Part shown: positions 8,199 through 17,582 of the stretch, piece after piece
Position numbering within the stretch: the first letter of the stretch is position 1
Layout: the number at the start of each line of letters is the position of its first letter
NCBI GenBank assembly: GCA_938091905.1
Contig: CALKOM010000204.1
Location: forward strand, 1 to 17,721
Direction: 5' to 3'
Origin: an uncultured Verrucomicrobiales bacterium
GTDB lineage: Bacteria > Verrucomicrobiota > Verrucomicrobiia > Verrucomicrobiales > DEV007
DNA: 17,721 nt
The notes under the pieces: generated by a model
The model's input: only the letters and a program-made list of their open reading frames with translations
Told to the model about the DNA's origin: nothing
The model's database searches: none
Translations under genes and position numbers: made by a program

Positions 8199-8696
8199 CC
8201 GAACACGCAAACACAGAATGTATGCCGAGGTCACCTATCGATTCGTTTATTCGATGTTCGCGAACAATGATTGCGGAGGGTTAATCTACTGTTAGTATTT
8301 CTCGAAATAGCTAATACAGCAATTCGAGATTGATTCACGCCAAGGTAGGAAGCAGACCGCGCCTGGGTGGCCAACCCTGCAGAAGTATGGGAGAAGCATG
8401 TCATGAGAAATTCAGGCGCTAGGATAATCTTGCAAACCATCCTTATTGGCCAAAGCGTTTCATCACACCCTGTTTCCGCTTCCGAAATACTTTGGAGCCA
8501 GTACTGCCAGCACCTTGGCAACATGAAGCTGATGGTTCAATTGAATATTGATCTTACCTCCGTTAATGGAAATGCAGAGAGAGCGAATTGCAATTTCATC
8601 CGATGAATGAAGAACGAAATCCGATCAAAGCGGAAGACTCGGGCTGGTCGCATACGGTAAAATTCCAATCCTGAAACTTTGTTCAACTAAGACAAG

Positions 8697-8846
8697 ATGA
8701 ACCGCTTAGTCACCCTTCTTGTTCTCTCGCTCCCGACACTTTGTCTTGCTGGTTGGCCGCCGGCGGCGGGACCTAACTACCAGTATTTAGCAGAGGGCAA
8801 AGCGCTAACAAAGTTTAGCGTTGCGCGCGGCGAGGGAGTGCCATAG
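8697..8846 (+). pseudogene. N-terminal remnant of a secreted PVC-type PQQ-like/BamB-family beta-propeller protein
   Basis: 49-aa ORF not in the track: MNRLVTLLVLSLPTLCLAGWPPAAGPNYQYLAEGKALTKFSVARGEGVP*, then RV. A signal peptide followed by xWPxxxGPN...(W)RV resembles the 'DWPQWRGPN...NVxWK' N-terminus of this family; the TAG falls at the expected Trp. Confidence 0.45.
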
Positions 8847-8857
8847 CGCGTAATAAG

Positions 8858-9447
8858 TATAGTGTCAGTATTCGGCCTGTTGGAGTGAAGCCAGTGTGCG
8901 GTTGAAAGTTCGTGAAGATTCGGACTTTGAGCTGCAACCGGAATTCTTCGGTGCGTAGTCAGTTAAGAATGAAAGGCGCAACTAAGGGGAAATCTAGTAC
9001 GAGCGCCTGCCGCTCTTCAGCATGGACTCCCTGCCCAAGCGCGGCAAGGAACTACAGTCGGACTACGTTGTTAAGATCGAAGACGCGGCAGAAGCCCTGA
9101 GGGCCGTCGCAAGTCTTGGCGACCGCATTCGTCCGGTTCTTCGCGCTTCTGAACTCAGAACGGTTGCTGCTGACAACCTCTGGATGCTTCCCTGTCATCA
9201 ACGACCAAGCCTCGCAATTCATTTCACCTGGAAGCCAGACAAAGACGGCGTGCGTGTTTTGTTTCCCGCAATCGAAGACAAATTGGCTCCATTCGAGGCA
9301 CGACCTCGCGGTAGCAAGTTGTTTGCCATGGGTTCATCGATACTTCGATTGCGCTACGAAAAGGTCGAAGACTTCCGAAAGCTCGCTCGTAAATAGGATG
9401 CCCAAGGCAAATTCCAGAATCAATTCACGCGTGAACATCTATTTTGA
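8858..9447 (+). pseudogene. C-terminal remnant of FAD-dependent alditol/xylitol oxidase (D-arabinono-1,4-lactone oxidase family)
   Basis: YSVS..W...LK...PEFFGA*, *YERLPLF, ELQSDY, SELRTVAADNLW, AIHFTWKP, LAPFEARPRGSKLF (canonical RPHWGKLF), DFRKLARK*DAQGKFQN. In-frame stops at 8956, 8983, 8995 and 9394, a frameshift near 8870-8880, and no N-terminal FAD-binding domain. Confidence 0.8.
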
Positions 9448-9578
9448 GCTGGTGCCACCCTTGATCACACGCCTGTTTGTACCATCGGCCCCAGTGCAAA
9501 ATCTGGCAAAGTTCGTTCGCTGGCTTGCGGACTTATCGCATCGTTTCATTTGCGAATTTGGTCAGGAAGCCCTGAAGC

Positions 9579-10994
9579 TTACTTCGAGTAGTCTGGATGA
9601 CTGCCATCGACGGGCATGGTGGCATTCCAAGCACGTAGGGCCTTGTCTAGTTGGGCGACGACGTCAGGATTGACCTTGGCGAGATTGGAGGTTTCGCCAG
9701 GATCATTGGGGAGATCGTAGAGCTGAGGATCGCTACCGTCGTGGTTGACCAAGTACTTCCAATTGCCTTCACGGACGGCAAGGTCGGGGTTGTCCTCTTT
9801 GTAACCGTGATTATAACCAGGGCGATCAGGGGGACGACGCCAGAAGATGGGCGCTTTGCGAGAGTCCTTGGATTGGCCTAACAACGTGGTGGAAAGATCT
9901 TCGCCGTCAAGCTTCTCCGCCGGTGCTGTACCAGCCAAGGCATAAAGGGATCGATTGAGATCGAGCGCGCTGAAGACGGATTTCTCGTTCGTTGTCCCTG
10001 CCAGTTTGGCGTCTATCAGGCCTGGTGCCCAGACGATCAGCGGGGATCGAATGCCTCCCTCATACATCCAGGTCTTGGCACCGCGAAAGGGATCGGATGT
10101 TCCAGCGCCAGGTTCGTGGCCATTGTCGGAACAGACGGTGATGAGGGTGTTGCCACGAAGTTTCGGATCGTTGCGCACCCGATCAAAGAGTCTGGCGAAC
10201 TGTTCGTCCATGGAGTCGAGCACGCTTTGGTAGAGGGCGCGTTTGTCTCCTCCCCATTTGTCTAGAGGCGGCCAGAAGGGGCCGTGGACATCATCTGGCC
10301 AGAGATTGATAAAGAAGGGCTTCTCTTCGCCTGCTGATCGATCGATGAATGTGAGGGCGGCATCGACGAAACCCGTCGTGATCTCAGAACGCTGCCTCCA
10401 CTGAAAGCCATCGCCCAACCGCTCGGCCTTGTCCCAGATGCGCCCGACAATGGGTTCACCTCCGTCTGGGTTCGGTTTCTTTGTCAGGGGTAAGAGCTTG
10501 GGGCCCATACCTTCAAAGTTAGTGAGGCTTGTGTCGAAACCATAGTCCGTGATAGGTGGCGCATCGTCCACATCACGCTGCCCGCCCATGTGCCATTTTC
10601 CAAAGTGACCCGTGGAGTAGCCGTGTGCTTTAAGCTGTCGTGCTAGGGTTGGCGCTTTCGGATCGAGCCACTGGGCCATACCACGCTTCGTGTTGCCACG
10701 ACGGTTATTGAGATAAGAGGTAATGCGCCAGCGGTGCGGGTATTGGCCTGTGGTGAGAGCGACTCGCGATGGTGAACAGATAGGCGAGTTGACGTAGAAA
10801 TTCGTGAATCTGATACCCTCGGCCGCGAGGCGATCGACATGCTGCGTTTCGACGGTGCCGCCAAAGCAGGAAAAGTCGGAATAGCCCATGTCATCGATAA
10901 AGACAACGATGATATTAGGTCTATCGGCAGCGTGAACCTTGGACAGAGACGCGGAAACACAGAGGAGGGTGACGAGTATTGAGAAGATGCGCAT
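9579..10994 (-). CDS. Exported Cys-type (formylglycine-dependent, S1) sulfatase
   Basis: Signal peptide (…SKVHA|ADRPN), PNIIVVFIDDMG, CSPSRVALTTG, GYSTGHFGKWHMG, SDNG, GAKTWMYEGGIRSPL and QLYDLPNDPGE. Confidence 0.95.
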   Translation of the reverse strand: MRIFSILVTLLCVSASLSKVHAADRPNIIVVFIDDMGYSDFSCFGGTVETQHVDRLAAEGIRFTNFYVNSPICSPSRVALTTGQYPHRWRITSYLNNRRGNTKRGMAQWLDPKAPTLARQLKAHGYSTGHFGKWHMGGQRDVDDAPPITDYGFDTSLTNFEGMGPKLLPLTKKPNPDGGEPIVGRIWDKAERLGDGFQWRQRSEITTGFVDAALTFIDRSAGEEKPFFINLWPDDVHGPFWPPLDKWGGDKRALYQSVLDSMDEQFARLFDRVRNDPKLRGNTLITVCSDNGHEPGAGTSDPFRGAKTWMYEGGIRSPLIVWAPGLIDAKLAGTTNEKSVFSALDLNRSLYALAGTAPAEKLDGEDLSTTLLGQSKDSRKAPIFWRRPPDRPGYNHGYKEDNPDLAVREGNWKYLVNHDGSDPQLYDLPNDPGETSNLAKVNPDVVAQLDKALRAWNATMPVDGSHPDYSK

Positions 10995-11006
10995 TTTTAA
11001 TATGGG

Positions 11007-12557
11007 CTACCTGCGTTTGCGTGAAACAGGTTTCGGATGCTTTGCAAGGATGGCTTTGAGTTGTTCGACGATCTGTGGCTGATTCTCCGCTAGGTTCTCT
11101 CGTTCGAGTGGGTCAATTTGGTAGTCGTAGAGTTCGTAGACAGCGGTGTTGCCATTGCCGCCACGCCACTCTACCAATCGATAGCGTTCGGTGCGAATGG
11201 CACGACCTAGCTTGGCTTTGGGGTAGGCGTGGAAAGCGTGATCGCGAACGCGTTTGATTGGGTTCTTCAAGACAGGAACAAGGCTTACTCCGTCGATTGG
11301 TTGAGGTCCCCCTGGAGCAGGTAAGCCCGCTAGTTCAGCGAGCGTGGGGAAGACGTCAGCACTTTCAGCAGGTTGCTTAGTGGCAGTGTTGGGACTGGTG
11401 AAGCCTGGTGCTCGGATGAGAAGCGGAATGCGGTTGGCTTGCTCGTAGTTGGTGTGCTTGGTCCAGATGCCAAGGTCGCCGAGGTGGAAGCCGTGGTCTC
11501 CCCAGAGCACGACGATGGTGTCGTCGTCGAGTTCCAACGTATCGAGGGATTCTAACACCTTGCCGATCTGAGCATCGACATAGCTAACACTGGCATAGTA
11601 GCCGTGAATCAATTTTCGCGCGGTTTCATCACTGATCGGAGCTGGATCCTTCTTGTCAGGCACCGGGAAGTAATTTCGAATTTCACCGCCACGCTTCTGG
11701 GCGACTTTAGGAGAATTTTTCGGGTGCTCGCGAAACTTTGGCAGTTTGAAAGACTCGGCGTTGTGGAGGGCCCAATACTTTTTGGGCGCGGAGAATGGTA
11801 GGTGAGGACGAGCGAAGCCTGCAGTGATGAAGAAGGGCGTGCCGTCAGCGGCGCGGCGCTTCTTGGCGGCTTGAAGTCGGCGAATCGTTTCAGCGGCAAC
11901 GCGGCCGTCGGCGTAGGCTTCATCCGGAACATCGGGATGCTCAAAGGCAGCGCCTCGTGGGAGTTTGTTCATCCCTCCGGGAGGGGCTTTCTTATTTTGA
12001 AACATCGCTTCCTCGCGTGTGAGTTTGCCTTCGGGCTTGCTCGCAGTATCACGATACTCAATGACTTTCTCTTTAAAATGCGGGACGGAGAACGAAGCGG
12101 GATCGCCGTGATTGCCATGACCAATATGGTAGACTTTTCCCAGTGACTCCGTCCGGTAGCCACCGTGTTTGGCAAAGTGCTGGGGAATCGTCACAGCATC
12201 AGGGATCGTCCTGCGAAGATGCGATCCCAATCCATAGAGCCCCGTGGATGTTGAATGTGAGCCTAGCATCAGCGCGAAACGCGAAGGTGCACAGACTGCT
12301 TGATTGCAATAGGCGAGGTCGAACTGCATCCCTGAGGTGGCGAGCTTATCCATGTGTGGCGTCTTGGCCATCGAATCCCCGTAACATCCGAGAGCCGGTT
12401 TTAGATCATCGACGAGAATAAGTAAGACATTTGGTTTCGAAACAAACGCAGTGGCAGCTTCCTGCGCCCCAAGGCCAAAGGTGAAAGCTGGAAAGATGCC
12501 TATGATGACCGTTCTTGCGAAGGAGCTTACCGGAAAAATTAGAGAAATCAGGTTCAT
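11007..12557 (-). CDS. Exported Cys-type sulfatase, iduronate-2-sulfatase-like
   Basis: KPNVLLILVDDLKP, CAPSRFALMLG, GKVYH, GFARPHLPF, WGDHGFHLG, WTKHTNYE and ELYDYQIDPLE. Probable start ATG 12557 (MNLISLIF...). It ends 12 bp before the start of the next sulfatase, suggesting an operon. Confidence 0.93.
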   Translation of the reverse strand: MNLISLIFPVSSFARTVIIGIFPAFTFGLGAQEAATAFVSKPNVLLILVDDLKPALGCYGDSMAKTPHMDKLATSGMQFDLAYCNQAVCAPSRFALMLGSHSTSTGLYGLGSHLRRTIPDAVTIPQHFAKHGGYRTESLGKVYHIGHGNHGDPASFSVPHFKEKVIEYRDTASKPEGKLTREEAMFQNKKAPPGGMNKLPRGAAFEHPDVPDEAYADGRVAAETIRRLQAAKKRRAADGTPFFITAGFARPHLPFSAPKKYWALHNAESFKLPKFREHPKNSPKVAQKRGGEIRNYFPVPDKKDPAPISDETARKLIHGYYASVSYVDAQIGKVLESLDTLELDDDTIVVLWGDHGFHLGDLGIWTKHTNYEQANRIPLLIRAPGFTSPNTATKQPAESADVFPTLAELAGLPAPGGPQPIDGVSLVPVLKNPIKRVRDHAFHAYPKAKLGRAIRTERYRLVEWRGGNGNTAVYELYDYQIDPLERENLAENQPQIVEQLKAILAKHPKPVSRKRR

Positions 12558-12819
12558 TGCGGGAGTAGTGGTCAAGCTCACCCTGGACGATATCTCTCCC
12601 CCCCACAAGCCTTTGCCCTTGAGGAATTGGACACCGTTCAATAGAAATCGAACAGGCTGCCCACGGCCATCAAACGTGAACGCCCGCAATGTCTCGAACA
12701 CCAGGGCAATGCGTTTGTCTGAGACGGCGACCGCTAGGGATTTGACCACTCGTATGCGCTTGCGCTACCGACCATGATCCTAATATCGTGTTTCATCTCC
12801 GAGAACTTTTGTCACCTAC

Positions 12820-14271
12820 ATGCCAACTTACCATCTCTCCAACAATCTTCGAACGGCGTTTCTACTTGCCATTGGCAGTATTCTCGTTCCGCTAACGGAA
12901 GGATTTGCTCAGGCTAACAAGCCTAACTTCATTATCATCTTCACCGATGACCAAGGTTATGGCGACTTGAGCTGCTTTGGTTCAAAGACGATCAAAACCC
13001 CGAACATCGATCGACTTGCCAGCGAAGGGAGGAAGTTCACCAACTTCATGGTGGCTTCGCCAGTTTGCACACCTTCGCGGGCAGCGCTCCTCACCGCTTG
13101 CTATCCCAAGCGCATCGGCATGCACCAACACGTGCTCTTTCCAGCGTCTAAGAAAGGATTGCATCCTGGCGAACATACAATCGCTGATCACTTGAAGTCA
13201 CAAGACTATGCCACGGCCTGCTTTGGCAAATGGCATCTAGGTCATCATTCCGAAGTCCTACCGACGGCCAATGGTTTCGACACTTACTACGGCATCCCAT
13301 ACTCGAATGACATGAACCATCCGGACAACAAAGGCAAACCAAAGGGCGGTCCGGACGGCATGGACATTCTGTGGAATGATCCGGAATCGACGCTCACGAA
13401 GTGGAAGACGCCCTTGTTTGAGGACGAGAAGATTGTTGAATTGCCAGTCGATCAACGAACGATCACGCGACGCTGCACACAGAAAGCCATCGACTTCGTC
13501 AAAGCTCATCAGGACAAACCTTTCTTCGTCTACTTGCCTCACTCGATGCCTCACATTCCGCTCTATGTTCCAGATGAAGTGCGCGATCCTGATCCGAAGA
13601 AAGCTTACATTAGCACCATCGAACACATCGACAGTGAGGTCGGGCGGTTACTCAAGGCGCTTGATGAGTTGAAGCTCACTGGCAATACTTATGTCATTTA
13701 CACCACAGACAATGGGCCTTGGTTGAGTTTCAAACATCATGGCGGATCGGCCGGTCCTTTGAGAGAAGGCAAAGGCACGACCTTTGAGGGAGGTCAGCGT
13801 GTGCCATGCCTGATGCGCGGGCCCGGAATCCCTGCAGGGACAGTTTGCAACGAACTCACGGGAACCATCGATATTCTTCCCAGCATTGCGGCGATCACAG
13901 GCACACCCTTGCCAGAAGGGAGGAAGATCGACGGTATAGATGCTTCTGGGCTTTGGAAGGCTTCTGCTGACAAGTCTCCTCGGAAAGAATTCGTTCACTA
14001 CACGTCGAACGGACGACTGGAAGGCATTCGCCAAGGGAACTGGAAACTGCTCGTGAAGGTGCCTCGTCCTCGGAGAAACCAGAACCAAAAAGCGGCAACC
14101 AAACCCGCACAGATCCTCCTCTTTGATCTCAGTAAAGATGTCGGCGAGCAGAATAATCTAGCAGAGCAACATCCGGAAGTCGTGACAAAACTCCGTGCTC
14201 GGATGGTTGCTATCGACAAGGAGATTTCTGAGAACGCTCGCAATCCATGGAGAGTAGAGGAGAATAGCTGA
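12820..14271 (+). CDS. Exported Cys-type sulfatase, arylsulfatase A/GALNS-like
   Basis: Signal peptide (…TEGFA|QANKPN), PNFIIIFTDDQG, CTPSRAALLT, FGKWHLG, YGIPYSNDM, HSMPH, TTDNGP and EGKGTTFEGGQRVP. Divergent from the two minus-strand sulfatases. Confidence 0.95.
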   Translation: MPTYHLSNNLRTAFLLAIGSILVPLTEGFAQANKPNFIIIFTDDQGYGDLSCFGSKTIKTPNIDRLASEGRKFTNFMVASPVCTPSRAALLTACYPKRIGMHQHVLFPASKKGLHPGEHTIADHLKSQDYATACFGKWHLGHHSEVLPTANGFDTYYGIPYSNDMNHPDNKGKPKGGPDGMDILWNDPESTLTKWKTPLFEDEKIVELPVDQRTITRRCTQKAIDFVKAHQDKPFFVYLPHSMPHIPLYVPDEVRDPDPKKAYISTIEHIDSEVGRLLKALDELKLTGNTYVIYTTDNGPWLSFKHHGGSAGPLREGKGTTFEGGQRVPCLMRGPGIPAGTVCNELTGTIDILPSIAAITGTPLPEGRKIDGIDASGLWKASADKSPRKEFVHYTSNGRLEGIRQGNWKLLVKVPRPRRNQNQKAATKPAQILLFDLSKDVGEQNNLAEQHPEVVTKLRARMVAIDKEISENARNPWRVEENS

Positions 14272-14329
14272 AGGAGATTCAGGGATCACTCAGAGAAGCA
14301 AAGGCGCAGATGATTTGTGAATCGGTAAG

Positions 14330-14378
14330 ATTCGATTGATAATCGAATTACTATGCCGCTTCGACTTCCAGTCGAAGC
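14330..14378. repeat. Two tandem, mutually similar perfect inverted repeats (TTCGAYT-N3-ARTCGAA)
   Basis: ATTCGATT-gat-AATCGAAT (14330-14348; 8-bp arms) and GCTTCGACT-tcc-AGTCGAAGC (14358-14378; 9-bp arms), with centres 29 bp apart. Function unknown. Confidence 0.75.
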
Positions 14379-14443
14379 TACGCTTGCTCATCTTCCAGCC
14401 GCTTTAAACCGACTCTCTGCCCCTCTGCGTAAGACTAATTCGA

Positions 14444-17000
14444 ATAAAGCTTATCGTCCTAGTATTGTTAGTTAGTTGAAGCGGTGTGCAGGGCGGGTTA
14501 GGACGCACACTCATCATCGACGGACGCAACAATCACGACTGGCGCTCGACGACCGATCATCTGCGCGCGACGTTGGAGGCTGCGGGGCGATTTGACGTCA
14601 CCGTTTCGACCGCACCCGAACTGAGATTTCCAAACGTCCCAAGAAAGGCCAGGCGCTCGGAGGATTGGCCAGCCTTGACCGCGGCACGGGAACACTTTGA
14701 GAAACCTCAGGCCGAGGCGAAGGCGGACCTCGCGCCGAGGTGGGAAAAGTGGGCACCCGACTTTAAGTCTAACGATGTGGTGATCATGAACTACAATGGC
14801 GACGAGTGGTCGGCCGGAATGCGCCGGGCGTTTGTCGACTTTGTGCGTTCTGGAGGTGGCGTGGTGCTGGTTCACGGAGCGAATAATGCGTTCAGGAATT
14901 GGCCCGAATTCAACGAAATGATAGGGCTTGGATGGCGACCGGCACTCATTGGAAAGGCGATCAAGATCGATCCCGATTCCGGCAAGACATACATCGCAAA
15001 TGAGATCGATTTGCCTAACAATGGCAACTCCAGTCACGGATCCAAGCACGCTTTCCAGGTCACGGTGCGTGCGCCTGAGCATCCCATCATGCAGGGACTC
15101 CGCCGATTTGGATGCATGCTAGGGATGAATTGTATCACAACATGCGTGGTCCAGCGAGGAATCTAACCGTTCTCAGTAGTGCTTACTCAGATCCCAACCA
15201 ACGAGGTTCAGGGTTGCACGAACCTCTGACTTGGGAAGTCTCCTTTGGAAAAGGGCGCGTCATTGTCACGAGTATGGGCCATCTTTGGCGAGGTGACATG
15301 GAACGTGGAGAACAGGCCGCGCTTTATTGCGCCGGGTTCCAGACGATCTTGGCCCGCGCTTGCGAATATGCAGCCACCGGTCAGGTAACTCTCCCAGTGC
15401 CGAAGAGCTTTCCAGATCCTGACAATATCCACTCGGTGGCTCCCCACACAGTTGGCTGGCCTGAAAGGCCGACGGTTTTGATGGGCGATTACGAATCAAT
15501 GGTCGCGAAGAAGCAAGCGGATCCTTACAGGATGCTCACACCGGAGGAAGAACTCGCCACCTTCGAACTCGCACCGGGATACATTGCCGAACTCTTCGCT
15601 GCTGAGCCGATGATCCAAGAGCCTGTGCTAACCGTTTGGGATGCTGATGGCGCCATGTATGTCGCGGAGATGCGCAGTTACCTGCAGGATGTCGAGGGAG
15701 CAGGTAATAGGACTCTACGCAACGGCCGAGTGAAGCGTCTCGTCGATACCGATGGCGATGGCCGAGCGGATGTCGCGACGGTCTTCATCGACAAACTCAA
15801 CCTCCTGCGAATGATTCTACCGCTGAGCGCTGTTTGGGTTGATGTTAGGGAAAGTGACACCATGGATGTGAGAGCTTGGCGTGATACCGACGGAGTTGGC
15901 GTCGCTGATGAAGAGAAGGTGCTCTACAAGCGCGGCCCATACAGCCGCAATAGCCTGGACAAATCGGTCGAACACCAGGATTCGGGACTGATGTGGAACC
16001 TCGATAATCACATCTACTTGACCTACAACATAGAGTGTTACCTCTTCACCGTAGGTGAATGGACGGCAGAGAAACAGCCCGGGCATTGGACGCAATGGGG
16101 ACTTGCCCATGACGACGTCGGAGATCTCTTCTGGTCGACCAACTCCGATCCTCTCATCAATGCCTACGTTCATCCACGCTACTGGGAAATTCCGCGCAAG
16201 ATCGCCTCTCACGTGCCGCCAGTGGCTGTCATGCTACCAGGACACTACGAGCCTGGGTTCATGTTAGCCCACAGTAACTGCGTTTTCAATGATCGTGGTG
16301 GGACAACTAGCGCTGACCGAAGCTTCACCTCTGCTTGTGGGCAAAGCATTTATCGCTCTGACAAATTCCCCACATCCAGCTGGGGCAATTATTTTATCTG
16401 CGATCCCACGATTCACGTTGTGCGCCGCGCACAGGTGTCGAAGGACGGCGCCATGATTCGCCTTAGCAAAGCCGAACCCGAAGGCCACGAATTTTTAAGG
16501 AGCTCGGACATCAATTGCCGTTTCGTCAACAGCGCCGAGGGCTCTGACGGATGCCTCTACATTAGGGAAAACATCGTGGCCAATGGATTGGACGATAACA
16601 ACCAGCATGGCCGCATCTGGCGCATTCGGCACGAGGACTTCGAGCAGCGTGGCAAAGAGGCGATCCCGCCGATGAGCGAGGAATCCACCATCGCCTTGCT
16701 GCGACATTTGGAAAGTCCCTTTGGCTGGTGGCGCGACACGGCCCAGCGAGAGATCATTCTTCGCGCGGATCGCGAATCCGTGGTTGCACATCTTACCGCC
16801 ATCGCCCGGTTTGGAGAGAATCGGTTGGGACGGCTTCATGCCCTCTGGGTGCTTGAAGGCATGGGCCGAGCTGATTTCAGACTGCTTCGCCACGTGGTTA
16901 AGGACGAGGACCCGCGCTTGCGGCGGGCCGCCATCCTGATTGGTGAAGCCTTGTTAGGTGAATCCGAAGCTTTCGATGCCATCGCTCGTCCGCTGAGTTG
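14444..17000 (+). pseudogene. Decayed ThuA-like domain + PVC membrane-bound-dehydrogenase-type beta-propeller (TIGR02604/DUF7133-like) + HEAT-like repeat protein
   Basis: ThuA motifs LIIDGRNNHDW, GGGVVLVHGANNAF, HPIMQGL/[PPIW]MHARDELY and [12 protein letters not shown]. Propeller motifs [32 protein letters not shown] and [13 protein letters not shown]-like [10 protein letters not shown] and [11 protein letters not shown]. Lesions: ATA at the putative start 14444, TGA 14477 in the signal peptide, 1-nt frameshift near 15100, probable in-frame deletion near 16561, and loss of similarity near 17000 with no CxxCH domain. Track ORFs are 14486-15166 and 15112-17139. Confidence 0.8.
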
Positions 17001-17222
17001 TGTGGTCATGACGAACCTCCAAACGTGCGGGTGGTTCGCTGGTGCGATCGATGAGGATTCGCTCAAGTGCCGAGGTTCAGGTCAGTCAGTGTTGGGCGTG
17101 CTGGCGAGATCGATTCGTGCAGTCAACTCTGCGCGTTAGGCAGTCCAGTAGGACGACTTAGAGGAACGTCGAAAGCGGTCTCAACTTAAGAATGTCAAAC
17201 GACTATCATTTGCTAACAGACC

Positions 17223-17582
17223 ATGAGAGATTTCGTAGCGGTTAGCGTTTTCAGCCTTCTAATTTCCTTCAGCCCGAAGGTGTTTTCACAATCCGGCGCT
17301 TCGGAGAGACCCAACATCGTTCTCGTCATGGCAGATGACCACGGCTACGGCGACTGTGGTTACACCGGGCACCCCTTCGTCAAGACGCCGCATCTCGACG
17401 CCATTGCTAAGACTGGCGTGGTCTTCAATCGCTTCTACGCCAGCTCGCCTGTGTGCTCACCCACCCGCGCTGCCGTGATTACTGGCCGCCACGCTTTCCG
17501 CGTCAACGTCCCCAACCATGGACACTACCTCAGACCTCATGAAGTCACCATCGCTGAGGTACTACGGGACAACGGCTACGTC
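17223..17582 (+). pseudogene. 5' fragment of a fourth exported Cys-type sulfatase, truncated by a rearrangement
   Basis: Not in the ORF track because the frame is open to the window end. It reads MRDFVAVSVFSLLISFSPKVFSQSGASERPNIVLVMADDHGYGD...KTPHLD...VCSPTRAAVITGR...TIAEVLRDNGYV. The expected TGHFGK is absent, and beyond a short WHLG match the sequence is not sulfatase-like. Confidence 0.82.

Noticed and set aside
8320..8690. AT-richer gap with short ORFs (8231-8524 minus, 8367-8606 plus) and small palindromes (AATTGCAATT 8586-8595; TTCATC-c-GATGAA 8595-8607)
   Set aside because: I recognised no protein motif in the frames I translated, and the palindromes are short enough to be chance. It may be a promoter region or decayed DNA, but I cannot support a call.
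7142..9396. Several premature stops in remnants are TAG (7142, 8844, 8956, 8995, 9394), suggesting amber recoding or readthrough
   Set aside because: They correspond to different expected residues (for example Trp and Tyr, each one substitution from TAG) and occur together with TAA/TGA stops, frameshifts and deletions. Intact genes also end in TAG (6665-6667, 7239-7241, 11007-11009).
9500..9566. Imperfect inverted repeat between the converging oxidase remnant and sulfatase
   Set aside because: Only about 10 of 13 positions pair, the loop is long and there is no U-tract. This is too weak to call a terminator.
12558..12749. 64-aa N-terminal extension of the iduronate-sulfatase-like ORF (track start 12749)
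   Set aside because: The hydrophobic leader begins at Met 12557. The extension has no recognisable features and would fill most of the divergent promoter gap.
14330..14378. Twin palindromes as a CRISPR mini-array or intrinsic terminator
   Set aside because: There are only two units, separated by 9 bp, with no spacer-length unique sequence and no cas genes. No poly-T tract follows either hairpin on either strand.
15091..15115. Programmed ribosomal frameshift between the ThuA and dehydrogenase ORFs
   Set aside because: There is no slippery heptamer, the shift falls inside the ThuA domain, and the gene has several other inactivating lesions.
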